Part shown: positions 51,159 to 61,264 of the stretch, piece by piece
How positions within the stretch are numbered: the first letter of the stretch is position 1
How the letters are laid out: the number at the start of each line of letters is the position of its first letter
From: Candidatus Multivoradales bacterium
Lineage (GTDB): Bacteria; Acidobacteriota; Thermoanaerobaculia; Multivoradales; JAHEKO01
DNA length: 64,000 bases
Reading direction: 5' to 3'
Assembly (NCBI GenBank): GCA_965223855.1
Contig: CBDCXM010000009.1
Location: forward strand, 192,001-256,000
The notes under the pieces: generated by a model
Database searches by the model: none
What the model was told of the DNA's origin: nothing
What the model saw: the letters and a program-made list of their open reading frames with translations, nothing else
Translations under genes and position numbers: made by a program

Positions 51159-53768
51159 GTGGGTAAGAGCCTCGTCATCGTCGAGTCGCCGGCCAAGGCC
51201 AAGACTCTCTCGCGCATCCTCGGCAGCGACTACGTCGTCGAGGCGAGCTACGGCCACGTGCGCGATCTGCCGGGTGGCGCCGACCAGATTCCGGCCAAGT
51301 TCAAGAAGGAGAAGTGGGCTCGGCTCGGGGTCAACGTCGACAAGGACTTCGAGCCGCTCTACATCGTCTCCTCGGACAAGAAGCGCCAGATCTCGACGCT
51401 CAAGAAGGCGCTGAAGGAGGCCGACGAGGTCCTGCTCGCGACCGATGAAGATCGCGAAGGGGAGAGCATCTCGTGGCACGTGCTCGAGGTGCTCAAACCG
51501 AAGGTTCCGGTGCGCCGCATCGCCTTCCACGAGATCACCGACGAGGCGATTCACGCCGCCCTCGAAAGCCCGCGAGACATCGACGAGAACCTCGTCCGGG
51601 CGCAGGAGAGCCGGCGGATTCTCGATCGGCTGTTCGGCTACGAGCTGTCGCCGGTGCTGTGGAAGAAGGTCCGCACCGGGCTGTCGGCGGGACGGGTGCA
51701 GAGCGTCGCCGTGCGGCTATGCGTGCTTCGCGAGCGGGCGCGGCGACGCTTCCGGCGCGCTTCGTACTGGGATGTCGAGGCGACCTTCGAGAAGGACGGC
51801 ACGCAGTTCACCGCGCGGCTCGCGCGCATCGGCGATCAGGCGGTCGCGGCGGGCAAGGACTTCGACGCCGACACCGGCGCACTGTCGGACAAGTCGAAGG
51901 CACTGTGGATCGAGAGCGAAGCGGACGCCGAGCGGCTGCTCGCCGGCTGGCAGACGCCGTGGACCGTCGCCTCGGTCACCGAGAAGCCGTTCCAGCGCAA
52001 GGCGGCGCCACCCTTCACCACCTCTTCCCTGCAGCAGGAGGCGAATCGCAAGTTCCGCTTCTCGGCGCGGCACACGATGAGTGTGGCGCAGCGGCTCTAC
52101 GAGGGGATCGAGCTCGGTGGCGACCGCGTCGGCCTCATCACGTACATGCGTACCGATTCGCTGGCGCTGTCCAACAAGGCGCTCGCCGACGCTCAGTCGG
52201 TGATCCTCGAGCGCTACGGCAAGGACTACACCGAGGGCCCGAAGGTCTACAAGACGAAGTCCAAGGGTGCCCAGGAGGCTCACGAGGCGATCCGCCCGAC
52301 AGAGATCGCGCGCACGCCGCGGGAGATGCGCAAGTACCTCACCGAGGACGAGGCGAAGATCTACGACCTCATCTGGAAGCGCACCATCGCCAGCCAGATG
52401 ACCCGCGCGAGGCTCAAGCGGACTTCGATCGAGATTGCCGCCGAGGGTACGGGCAACGGTAGCGAGGTGCCACGGGGCATCTTCACCGCCAGCGGCCAGA
52501 CGATCGAGTTCCCCGGTTTCCTGCGTGCCTATGTCGAGGGGACCGACGACCCGAGCGCCGACCTCGCCGATTCCGAGCACCTGTTGCCGAAGCTGGTTGC
52601 CGACGAGCAGGTCACGCCGCTCGACGCCGCCGCCAGCGGGCACGAGACTCAGCCGCCGGCGCGCTACACCGAGGCGAGCCTCATCAAGGAGCTCGAGAAG
52701 GAAGGGATCGGCCGGCCTTCGACCTACGCCTCGATCATCGACACCATCCAGCGACGCGGCTACGTCGAGAAGCAGGGCAACGCGCTCGTGCCGACCTTCA
52801 CCGCACACGCCGTCACCCAACTGCTCGAAAAACACTTCGCCGACTACGTCGATACCCGCTTCACCGCCCGCATGGAGGAACAGCTCGACGACATTGCCGG
52901 CGGAGATCTCGACTGGCTCGAGCACCTGCGCACCTTCTATTTCGGCGCCGGCGAAGAGGCGGGGCTCGAGAGGCGCATCGAGACCGAGCAGCCGAACATC
53001 GACTATCCCGCCATGTCGCTCGGCGACCACCCCGAGACCGGAGCTCCAGTGGTGGTCCGGGTCGGTCGCTATGGCCCCTACCTGCAGCACCGCATCAGCG
53101 AAGACGAGAAGCAGTCGGCCACTCTCCCCGACGGCGTGGCGCCGGCCGACCTGACGCTCGAGCTGGCGGTCGAACTGATCGCCAAGGCGGCCAAGGGCAA
53201 TCAGGAGCTCGGCGCCGACCCCGAGACCGGCGAGACGATCTACCTGTGCCGCGGCCGCTTCGGCCCCTACGTCCAGGTCGGTGAGACGCCGGAACGAGGA
53301 TCGAAGGCGCCGAAGCCGAAGCGCGCTTCGGTGCCCAAGGGGATGACGGAGGAGGAGGTCAACCTCGCACTGGCTCTCAAGTGGCTGTCGCTGCCGCGAA
53401 ACCTCGGTGTCGATCCCGACAGCGGCGAGGAGATCGTGGCGATGTCGGGACGCTACGGGCCCTACATCAAGCGCGGCTCGGACACCCGCTCGCTGACCGA
53501 CGAGGACGATGTCTACGAGATCGAGCTGCCGCGAGCTCTCGAGCTGCTCTCGCAACCCAAGGCGCGCGGACGGCGCGGGCCGAAGGTGCTCAAGCAGTTC
53601 AGCGATGGGCTCCAGTTGCTCGACGGGCGCTACGGCCCCTACCTCACCAACGGCGAGCTCAACGCCTCGCTGCCGCGCGACGTCAGCGCCGCCAAGCTCG
53701 AAGAGGCGCAGGCGAAGCAACTGCTCGCCGAGCGGGGCAAGCCGCCGAAGCGCAAACGCAAGGGCTGA
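51159..53768 (+). CDS. topA: DNA topoisomerase I with C-terminal GRYGPY repeats
   Basis: IVESPAKAKT, ATDEDREGE, SAGRVQS, ITYMRTD, QEAHEAIRP, GIGRPSTY. Confidence 0.97.
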   Translation: MGKSLVIVESPAKAKTLSRILGSDYVVEASYGHVRDLPGGADQIPAKFKKEKWARLGVNVDKDFEPLYIVSSDKKRQISTLKKALKEADEVLLATDEDREGESISWHVLEVLKPKVPVRRIAFHEITDEAIHAALESPRDIDENLVRAQESRRILDRLFGYELSPVLWKKVRTGLSAGRVQSVAVRLCVLRERARRRFRRASYWDVEATFEKDGTQFTARLARIGDQAVAAGKDFDADTGALSDKSKALWIESEADAERLLAGWQTPWTVASVTEKPFQRKAAPPFTTSSLQQEANRKFRFSARHTMSVAQRLYEGIELGGDRVGLITYMRTDSLALSNKALADAQSVILERYGKDYTEGPKVYKTKSKGAQEAHEAIRPTEIARTPREMRKYLTEDEAKIYDLIWKRTIASQMTRARLKRTSIEIAAEGTGNGSEVPRGIFTASGQTIEFPGFLRAYVEGTDDPSADLADSEHLLPKLVADEQVTPLDAAASGHETQPPARYTEASLIKELEKEGIGRPSTYASIIDTIQRRGYVEKQGNALVPTFTAHAVTQLLEKHFADYVDTRFTARMEEQLDDIAGGDLDWLEHLRTFYFGAGEEAGLERRIETEQPNIDYPAMSLGDHPETGAPVVVRVGRYGPYLQHRISEDEKQSATLPDGVAPADLTLELAVELIAKAAKGNQELGADPETGETIYLCRGRFGPYVQVGETPERGSKAPKPKRASVPKGMTEEEVNLALALKWLSLPRNLGVDPDSGEEIVAMSGRYGPYIKRGSDTRSLTDEDDVYEIELPRALELLSQPKARGRRGPKVLKQFSDGLQLLDGRYGPYLTNGELNASLPRDVSAAKLEEAQAKQLLAERGKPPKRKRKG

Positions 53769-53808
53769 GCACCCCCTTCGACCGGCGTCTCCTTCCTATA
53801 ATCTGCCG

Positions 53809-55188
53809 GTGACCGAAGCGATTCACGTCGTCGGCGGAGGGCTCGCCGGTACCGAGTGCGCCTATCAACTGGCCGAGCGCGGCCTCGCGGTGGTCCTCCA
53901 CGAGATGCGGCCGGAGCGCTCGACGCCGGCGCACAAGACCGGCGACCTCGCCGAGCTGGTATGCAGCAACAGCTTGCGCAGCGACGATCCGTTCCACGCC
54001 GCCGGCCTCCTGAAGCGCGAGATGGAGCGCTTCGACTCCCTCGTCATCGCCAGCGCCCGGGCGGCGGCGGTGCCGGCCGGCAGTGCGCTCGCGGTCGATC
54101 GCGAGCGGTTCGCCAGGGCGGTCACGAGCGCGCTCGAGACTCACCCGGCGATCGAGATCCGGCGTGCCGAGGTCATGGAACTGCCGGCCGGCGACGTCGT
54201 CCTCGCCACCGGGCCGCTGACGAGCGAGGCGATGGCCGAGCGCCTCGGCGAGTTGCTGGGTGACGAGTACCTGTACTTCTACGACTCGATCGCTCCGATC
54301 GTCGATGCGACGACCCTCGACATGGAGAGGCTCTACTGGAAGTCGCGCTACGACAAGGGAGACGGCGCCGACTACCTCAACGTGCCGCTCGACGAGGACG
54401 AGTACCTCGCCTTCCATCGCGCGATCACCGAGGCGGAGGTGCTGCCGCTTCACGACTTCGAGGAGGCGCTCTTCTTCGACGGGTGCCTGCCGATCGAGGA
54501 GCTCGCGCGCCGAGGTGTCGACACGCTGCGCTACGGCCCGATGAAGCCGGTCGGCCTGGAGCGACCGGACGGCTCGCGCCCATGGGCGGTCGTGCAGTTG
54601 CGCCGCGAGAGCCTCGCTCACGAGCACATGAACCTCGTCGGCTTCCAGAGTCGCATGAAGTGGGGTGAACAGAAGCGGGTCTTCGGCGCGCTCCCGGGGT
54701 TTGCCGACGCCGAGTTCGTCCGTCTCGGGCAGGTCCATCGCAACACCTTCCTCAACGCACCGACCCATCTGGATCGCTGGTACAGGCTGCACCGTCACCC
54801 GCGCATCCGCATCGCCGGTCAGATCACCGGCGTCGAGGGATATCTCGAATCGGCGGCGACCGGCCTCGCGGTGGCGCTCTACCTCTCGCTCGAGAGCCGC
54901 GACATCGATGCGGCACCGCTGCCGCCCGACACTGCGCTCGGAGCGCTGATGCGCCACCTCGTCGAGTCGAACCCGAAGCGCTTCCAGCCCGCCAACATCA
55001 ACTACGGCCTCTTCCCCGACCTGGAGCGACGGGTCCCGAAACGCGAGAAGCGCGCAGCCCACGCCGAACGGGCGCACCGCTCGCTCGAGCGCTGGGCACG
55101 GCTCCACACGATCGAGTTGGCGGCGACCGCCGAGGCGGGGCCGCCCGCCCCCGACACCCGGACCCCGCCCGTGCCGGCAGCCGGCTGA
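53809..55188 (+). CDS. trmFO: Folate/FAD-dependent tRNA (uracil-5)-methyltransferase
   Basis: GGGLAGTE, AELVCSNS, ATGPLTS, GPMKPVGL, AGQITGVEGY; GTG 53809. Confidence 0.95.
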   Translation: MTEAIHVVGGGLAGTECAYQLAERGLAVVLHEMRPERSTPAHKTGDLAELVCSNSLRSDDPFHAAGLLKREMERFDSLVIASARAAAVPAGSALAVDRERFARAVTSALETHPAIEIRRAEVMELPAGDVVLATGPLTSEAMAERLGELLGDEYLYFYDSIAPIVDATTLDMERLYWKSRYDKGDGADYLNVPLDEDEYLAFHRAITEAEVLPLHDFEEALFFDGCLPIEELARRGVDTLRYGPMKPVGLERPDGSRPWAVVQLRRESLAHEHMNLVGFQSRMKWGEQKRVFGALPGFADAEFVRLGQVHRNTFLNAPTHLDRWYRLHRHPRIRIAGQITGVEGYLESAATGLAVALYLSLESRDIDAAPLPPDTALGALMRHLVESNPKRFQPANINYGLFPDLERRVPKREKRAAHAERAHRSLERWARLHTIELAATAEAGPPAPDTRTPPVPAAG

Positions 55189-55190
55189 CG

Positions 55191-56114
55191 ATGCGCGGCC
55201 TGATCGAGCGGTTTCTCGAACACCTCGAAGCGGATCGGCAGCTCTCGCCGCACACGGTGCGTGCCTACCGCGGCGACACCGAGCGGTTTCTCGCCTTCCT
55301 CGTCGACTACCTAGGGGTCGAAGCCGATCGCGTCTCGCCCGACGACGTCGATGCGGGAGCGGTTCGCGCCTTCCTCGCGGCTCTGACCCACAGTGGCACC
55401 GCACCGAGCAGCCGCGCGAGAGCACTCTCGGCCGTGCGCACACTCCTCGGCCACGCCTGTCGCGAGGGCCGGCTCGAACACAATCCCGCCGCCTCGGTGC
55501 GGGCTCCGAAGCAGGAGAAGCGGCTCCCTCGCCATTTGCGCCCCGGCGAGATCGAGGAGTTGATCGAAGGGGTCGACGGCGACGAGCCGCTCGAGCGCCG
55601 CGATCGCGCGGTCCTCGAGCTGCTCTACGCGTCCGGCCTGCGAGTGGGCGAGCTCGTCGGCCTCGACTGGAGCGATCTCGATCGCAACGGCCGCGTGCTG
55701 CGCGTCCTCGGTAAGGGGGGAAAGGAGCGGATGGTGCCGTTCGGCGCGCCGGCAGCGGAGGCACTCGATCGCTGGCGGCAGTGCTGGAACGACCTGCGCG
55801 AGCCGTCGGAGGCGGCTGGAGACGAGATGCCGGTGTTTCTCAACTATCGCGGAGGTCGGCTCTCCGCCCGCTCGGTGCGGAGGATCCTCGACCGTGCCGT
55901 CGCCGCCGCTGCGGTGGCCACCGGCGTCCACCCTCATACGCTGCGCCACACCTTCGCCACGCACCTGCTCGAAGGGGGCGCCGACCTGCGTTCGATCCAG
56001 GAGCTGCTGGGCCACAGCTCGCTCGCCACCACCCAGCGCTACACCCACGTCGACATCGACCGGCTGCTCGCCGTCTACCGCGAGTCCCACCCCCACGCGC
56101 GGGACGGCGACTGA
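55191..56114 (+). CDS. xerC: Tyrosine recombinase XerC
   Basis: LYASGLRVGEL, GKGGKER, HTLRHTFATHLL, LLGH, TTQRYTH; canonical topA-trmFO-xerC-hslVU context. Confidence 0.92.
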   Translation: MRGLIERFLEHLEADRQLSPHTVRAYRGDTERFLAFLVDYLGVEADRVSPDDVDAGAVRAFLAALTHSGTAPSSRARALSAVRTLLGHACREGRLEHNPAASVRAPKQEKRLPRHLRPGEIEELIEGVDGDEPLERRDRAVLELLYASGLRVGELVGLDWSDLDRNGRVLRVLGKGGKERMVPFGAPAAEALDRWRQCWNDLREPSEAAGDEMPVFLNYRGGRLSARSVRRILDRAVAAAAVATGVHPHTLRHTFATHLLEGGADLRSIQELLGHSSLATTQRYTHVDIDRLLAVYRESHPHARDGD

Positions 56115-56140
56115 CGCCCCGGCTATGGCATCCTCGCGTC

Positions 56141-56665
56141 GTGCCTAACGTCGAGTCAGCGCAACGTTTCGACTGTTCCGTCGCCGGAGAGATCGCCAGG
56201 GGCCGCCGGACTCTGGCGGGGCTGCTGCTCGGCCTGAGCCTCGCGATGGTCGCGCTGGCGGTTCCGGTGTGGATGGCCGAGCGTCGGATGCCGGCGCTGC
56301 TGTGCGTGGGGGTCGCGTTCGTCCTGTGGACCGCGTGGCGGATGAGCGGCGATCTCGACCTGTTCTGGATCGAGCTCGATCGCGACCGGCTGGCCCTTCA
56401 GATGCGGCGGCAGCGGCTCGACCTCCCGCTGCTGGCGCCGCGCGGCCGACGGCTCGACGAGGAGGAACGCGCCCACGTCGCGCGCCTCGCGTCGCGCGGC
56501 ATGGTGGTCGCCGGCACGGGCGGGTTCGACTCCCATCGGCTCGGCGAGTTCAACCTCTACGCCTCCGACCTCTCGCACGCCGTGCTGCTCGACACCGGCG
56601 ACAGCCGACTCGTCGTGACCCCCGACGATCCGGACGGCTTCCTGGCTGCGCTCGAGAGCCTCTGA
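56141..56665 (+). CDS. Hypothetical membrane protein, two TM helices plus bacterial PH-like domain
   Basis: 3' part of ORF 55781..56665; two hydrophobic segments; G.F....LG.F..YA and VVTPDDPDGFL ending. Confidence 0.7.
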   Translation: MPNVESAQRFDCSVAGEIARGRRTLAGLLLGLSLAMVALAVPVWMAERRMPALLCVGVAFVLWTAWRMSGDLDLFWIELDRDRLALQMRRQRLDLPLLAPRGRRLDEEERAHVARLASRGMVVAGTGGFDSHRLGEFNLYASDLSHAVLLDTGDSRLVVTPDDPDGFLAALESL

Positions 56666-56777
56666 CTCGCCGCTCGCGCCGCCGTCCGACCGCCCGGAAT
56701 GCCGGTGTATCCTGCGCCGTAGCTCAGCGGACGGCTCCCCCCAACCCGGGCCGGACTCGAGCCGCAGGAGACATCCC

Positions 56778-57312
56778 TTGAAGACCAAAGCGACAACCGT
56801 ACTGATGGTTCGCCGTGACGGCGGCACCTGCATGGTGAGTGACGGCCAGGTGACCCTCGGAGAGACCGTCCTCAAGGCCGGTGCCGCCAAGGTGCAAGCG
56901 CGTCGGCGACGGCAAGGTGCTGGTCGGGTTTGCGGGTGGCGCGGCCGACGGGCTCGCGTTGCTCTCGCGCTTCGAGGCCAAGCTCGAGCAGTACTCGGGC
57001 AACCTCGAGCGCGCCGTCGTCGAACTGGCCAAGGACTGGCGCACCGATCGGGTGCTGCGCCAGCTGCAGGCGCAGATGATCGTCGCAGACGCCGAGCGCT
57101 CCTATCTCGTCTCTGGCAACGGTGATCTGTTGCAACCGGACGACGACGGCCTGATCGCCATCGGCTCCGGCTCGAACTACGCCCTGGCCGCCGCCCGCGC
57201 CCTGTTCCGCCACACCTCGATGTCGGCGACCCAGATCGCTCGCGAAGCGATGCTCGTCGCCGCCGAGATCTGCATCTACACCAACGACCACCTGACCCTC
57301 GAGGAAGTGTGA
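56778..57312 (+). CDS. hslV: ATP-dependent protease peptidase subunit, split by an apparent +1 frameshift near 56896
   Basis: ATTVL...DGQVTLG...K in one frame; [32 protein letters not shown] in the next. Confidence 0.92.
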
Positions 57313-58706
57313 GCCTGTTCACCAGCCGTCCCCCCGATCTCGACGACCTGCCGCCGCGCCAGATCGTCGCCGAGCTCGACAAGTACATCGTCGGTCAGCA
57401 CGACGCCAAGCGCGCCGTGGCCATCGCCCTGCGCAACCGCTGGCGGCGGCGCCAGCTCGAGCCGGAGCTGGCGGAAGAGGTGCTGCCGAAGAACATCCTG
57501 ATGATCGGCCCCACCGGCGTCGGCAAGACCGAGATCGCACGCCGCCTCGCGCGACTCGCGAGAGCTCCGTTCTCGAAGGTCGAGGCGAGCAAGTTCACCG
57601 AGGTCGGGTACGTCGGCCGCGACGTCGAGTCGATGATCCGCGACCTCGTCGAGACGGCGGTCGGGATGGTCCGCAAGGAGCGCCGTGAGGAGGTGCGCGA
57701 GGCCGCCGAGCGCCACGCCGAGGACCGGTTGCTCGAGCTCCTCGTGCCGGTCCAGAAGCCGAAGCCGGTCCAGCCGGTCGCCGACGACGACCCGGGCCCG
57801 GAGGCCGCACCCGCCCCCGTGGACGACCTGGCCGCCACGCGCGAGAAGTTCCGCGACAGGCTGCGACGCGGCGCGCTCGACGAACGGGAGATCGAGGTCG
57901 AGGTGCAGGACTCGGGCTCCCAGCGGCTGGAGATGTTCACCCCTCAGGGGATCGAGGAGGTCGGCATCAACCTCAAGGAGATGATGCCGGGGCTCTTCTC
58001 GCGCACCCAGAAGCGCAAGATGACGGTCGCCGAGGCGCGCAGCGTTCTCGTCGAGCAGGAGTCGGACAAGCTGCTGGACGAGCACAAGATCACCCAGGAC
58101 GCGCGACGCCGGGTGGAGCAGGACGGCATCCTCTTCCTCGACGAGATCGACAAGGTCGCCGGCCGCGAGTCGAGCCACGGCCCCGACGTGTCGCGGGAGG
58201 GCGTGCAACGTGACCTGCTGCCGATCGTCGAGGGATGCACCGTGGCGACGAAGTACGGCCCTGTCAAGACGGACCACATCCTCTTCCTCGCCGCCGGCGC
58301 CTTCCACGTCAGCAAGCCCGCCGACCTGATCCCGGAGCTGCAGGGACGCTTCCCGATCCGGGTCGAGCTGCAGGCGCTGACGGAGGAGGACCTCGCCAGG
58401 ATCCTCACCGAGCCCGACAACGCGCTCACCCGGCAGTACGCCGCACTGCTCGGAGCCGAGGGAGTCCGGGTCGATTTCACTCCCGACGCGATCGAAGAGA
58501 TCGCCCGGCTCGCGGTCGAAGTCAACGCCAGCACGGAGAACATCGGCGCCCGGCGGCTCGCAACCCTGTTGGAGAAGCTGCTGGAAGATGTATCGTTCGA
58601 GGCTCCGGACATGGAGGGGGTGAAGGTCAAGGTCGATCGGGCCTACGTCCAGCGCGCTCTTCAGGACATCGTCGAGAATCGTGACCTGAGCCGCTATGTT
58701 CTCTGA
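57309..58706 (+). CDS. hslU: ATP-dependent protease ATPase subunit
   Basis: [53 protein letters not shown]. Confidence 0.97.
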   Translation: MSLFTSRPPDLDDLPPRQIVAELDKYIVGQHDAKRAVAIALRNRWRRRQLEPELAEEVLPKNILMIGPTGVGKTEIARRLARLARAPFSKVEASKFTEVGYVGRDVESMIRDLVETAVGMVRKERREEVREAAERHAEDRLLELLVPVQKPKPVQPVADDDPGPEAAPAPVDDLAATREKFRDRLRRGALDEREIEVEVQDSGSQRLEMFTPQGIEEVGINLKEMMPGLFSRTQKRKMTVAEARSVLVEQESDKLLDEHKITQDARRRVEQDGILFLDEIDKVAGRESSHGPDVSREGVQRDLLPIVEGCTVATKYGPVKTDHILFLAAGAFHVSKPADLIPELQGRFPIRVELQALTEEDLARILTEPDNALTRQYAALLGAEGVRVDFTPDAIEEIARLAVEVNASTENIGARRLATLLEKLLEDVSFEAPDMEGVKVKVDRAYVQRALQDIVENRDLSRYVL

Positions 58707-59673
58707 TCGCAGCCGGGGACTCCCCGTGCCCCTCGCCCTGCTGTTGGTGTCGCTCGCCGGCCTCGCGGTCGGCTGCGGCCACAAGAAGCCGCCCATCCCT
58801 CCGCCGCTCAAGCAGCCTCAGGCGGGCACGATCGTCCTGGAGCAGAGGGGCAGCGAAGCGTTCGTCACCTTCGCCTATCCGACGCTCACGGTCAGTGGCA
58901 CCGCGCTCTCGGGCGTCGAGCGCATCGAACTGTGGCGGCTGCAACAGGAGGTACCGGCCTTCGCCCTCGACATCATGGCCCGCGAGTCTCTGGCTCGCGA
59001 ACGGGCCGAGGCGCTGTTGCTGGAGAACGGCCTCGGACCGACCGGCCTGCCGCTCGTCCCGATCGACCCCGAGACCGGCCTGCCGATCACAAGCCCGATC
59101 GACCCCCTGACGGGCGAGCCGGCGGCCGCAGACTCCATGGCCGCCGAACCCGCACCCGGTGAGCCCACCGCGACCGCCGATCCCGCGAGCGCCAGGACTG
59201 GCGAGGCCACCACCGAGGCGGGCGGAGAGGATGCCGAGGGAGAGGGCGCCGAGACTGAGGAGGAGGAGCTCGACGAGGAGCTCCAGGCCGACATCGACGC
59301 CGCGGTGACGCTGTTGCGCAGTCCGGAGCGGTCGATCGAGGAGTTCCTGTCGGCGACCCCCGACGACTTCCGGGCGGAGGCGGAGATGATCGCCGAGATC
59401 GAAAGTGAGGCGATCTCCGCCGCCGTCGTCGGGGAGTCGATCGTGCTGAGAACCGACGTGCCCCTGCCGGAGAGATCGATGGACGAGCTCGTCGCCGAGC
59501 TGGCAGAGGAGCTGGCAGCGGAAGAGCAGGCGGCAGAGCAGGCGGCCCGGGAGGCGGCGGCGCTCGAGGAGAGCGCGGAGGAGGGCGCGGAGGAGAACGA
59601 AGAGCCGACGGACCCGGCCGCCTCCGACGAGGACTCCGGAGAGCTCTTCTCCCATCGACGAACCGATGGATGA
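58696..59673 (+). CDS. Acidic lipoprotein, N-terminal part (probably one gene with 59666..60376)
   Basis: AVGC lipobox followed by GHKKPPIPP; very Glu/Ala-rich low-complexity segments. Confidence 0.7.
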   Translation: MFSDRSRGLPVPLALLLVSLAGLAVGCGHKKPPIPPPLKQPQAGTIVLEQRGSEAFVTFAYPTLTVSGTALSGVERIELWRLQQEVPAFALDIMARESLARERAEALLLENGLGPTGLPLVPIDPETGLPITSPIDPLTGEPAAADSMAAEPAPGEPTATADPASARTGEATTEAGGEDAEGEGAETEEEELDEELQADIDAAVTLLRSPERSIEEFLSATPDDFRAEAEMIAEIESEAISAAVVGESIVLRTDVPLPERSMDELVAELAEELAAEEQAAEQAAREAAALEESAEEGAEENEEPTDPAASDEDSGELFSHRRTDG

Positions 59674-60376
59674 AGACGAGCCGATGGACGAGGAGCCGGA
59701 GGTGGACCCGCTCTACGGGTTCCTCTACTCGATCCGCATCTTCCCCACCGACGGTCGACCTTCCGACTTCGCCCCGCTCGTGGGCCTCTTCCCGCTGCGC
59801 CCCCCGCCACCGCCGAGTGACGTCGAGGTCGAAGCGGCCGCGGCCGCGATCGAAGTGACGTGGGAGTCCGAAGAGGATCCGAAGAACGGCTTCCGGGTCT
59901 ATCGCCGCGAAGCCAAGTCGCGGCTCTACGGCCCGGCGGTCGGGACCCTTCCCGGCTCGTCGCGCAGCTACCGGGACGCCTCCGCGATCTACGGCGCCCG
60001 CTACATCTACGGGGTGACGGCCGTCGGTCGCGCTAATCCACTGATCGAGAGCGAGATCCCGTCGGAGCACGAGGTCGACTACCAGGATCGCTTCGGCCCG
60101 GAGAAGCCGGGCAATCTGGTCGCGTTCCCCGAGGCCAGCAGGATCCGACTGCTGTGGGACGCCTCGAACGCCGCCGACTTCGCCGGCTATCGGATCTATC
60201 GGCGCGCGGAAGGCAGCGAAGAGGAGATCCTGGTCACCGAGGAGCTCGTGACCCGCAGCCAGTACGTCGACGAAAGCGTGCTGTCCGGGCAGGTGTGGTT
60301 CTACAGCGTGACCTCCGTGGACGCCCTGGGCAACACCAGCGACCCGGCGAAGGAGATCCGGGTCCAGGTCCCCTGA
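59666..60376 (+). CDS. Tandem fibronectin type III domain protein (probable C-terminal part of the lipoprotein)
   Basis: Two P..P..(V/L).W....G(F/Y)R(V/I)YRR...Y.D...G..Y.Y.VT.V FN3 units. Confidence 0.78.
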   Translation: MDEDEPMDEEPEVDPLYGFLYSIRIFPTDGRPSDFAPLVGLFPLRPPPPPSDVEVEAAAAAIEVTWESEEDPKNGFRVYRREAKSRLYGPAVGTLPGSSRSYRDASAIYGARYIYGVTAVGRANPLIESEIPSEHEVDYQDRFGPEKPGNLVAFPEASRIRLLWDASNAADFAGYRIYRRAEGSEEEILVTEELVTRSQYVDESVLSGQVWFYSVTSVDALGNTSDPAKEIRVQVP

Positions 60377-60377
60377 C

Positions 60378-61238
60378 GTGCCGGCCTCCGTCCCGGCCTT
60401 CCTTTTGAGCGGCGGGGGTAACGACTTCCTCGCCCTCGTCGAGCCCGAACGGGTTCCGGAGGCGGCCACCATCCGCGCCTGGTGCACGCGCGGGCTGTCG
60501 GTCGGGGCCGACGGGCTCTTCGTGCTGCGACGCGAAGCCGGCGGCGCGGTGCGCATGGACCATTTCAACGCCGACGGCGGTGCCGCGGAGCTCTGTCTCA
60601 ACGGCAGCCGTTGCGCCGCCGTGCTCTCCCGCAGGCTCGGCTGGGCGGACCGGCAGGTCGAGCTCCAGACCGCAGCCGGCCAGGTCTCGGCGACTCTCGT
60701 CGGCGAGCATCGGGTCCGCCTCAGCCTCGACCCGCCGGCCGCGGCTCCGGTCGAGAAGCACCTCGACCTCGAGCCGGGGGCCGCAGGCGAGACGGGGATC
60801 ACAGGCTGGTTCGTCACCGTCGGGGTGCCCCAGTTCGTCGTCGCCCGGCCCGAGAGTCTCGCCGACACACCGGTCGCCGAGCTCGGTCGCCGCCTGCGCC
60901 ACCATCCCGCGTTCGGCGACGCCGGGACCAACGTCATGTTCGTCCGCTTCGCCTCCGCACGTCTCGAGATGCGCAGTTTCGAGCGCGGCGTCGAAGCCGA
61001 GACGCTCGCCTGTGGAACGGGAGCGCTGGCGGCGGCGGCGGTTGCAGTCGCACATCGCGGTCTCTCCGTGCCGCTCGAGATCCTCACCGGCGGCGGCACC
61101 GTGCTGCGGGTGGACGGCACCGTTGACGACGGCCGCTTCGAAGATTGGAGCCTGGAGGGCGACGCCCGCTGTCTCGCGCGTCTCGACCTGCTGGCCGGTT
61201 CGATCGACCTCCCCGCTGCGCCGCGCTGGTCCCCCTGA
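60378..61238 (+). CDS. dapF: Diaminopimelate epimerase
   Basis: GNDF, GADG, NADG...LCLNGSRC, NV.F, ERGVEAETLACGTG. Confidence 0.85.
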   Translation: MPASVPAFLLSGGGNDFLALVEPERVPEAATIRAWCTRGLSVGADGLFVLRREAGGAVRMDHFNADGGAAELCLNGSRCAAVLSRRLGWADRQVELQTAAGQVSATLVGEHRVRLSLDPPAAAPVEKHLDLEPGAAGETGITGWFVTVGVPQFVVARPESLADTPVAELGRRLRHHPAFGDAGTNVMFVRFASARLEMRSFERGVEAETLACGTGALAAAAVAVAHRGLSVPLEILTGGGTVLRVDGTVDDGRFEDWSLEGDARCLARLDLLAGSIDLPAAPRWSP

Positions 61239-61264
61239 CCCCTCCTCGTGGTAGAACTCCGCCG

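Noticed and set aside
55191-56114. Tyrosine recombinase as a phage or island integrase
   Set aside because: Sits in the conserved topA-trmFO-xerC-hslVU housekeeping context; no att sites or cargo.
56714-56770. tRNA-like start GCGCCGTAGCTCAGCGG downstream of xerC
   Set aside because: No complementary D-stem, anticodon arm, TTCGA loop or CCA; not a tRNA.
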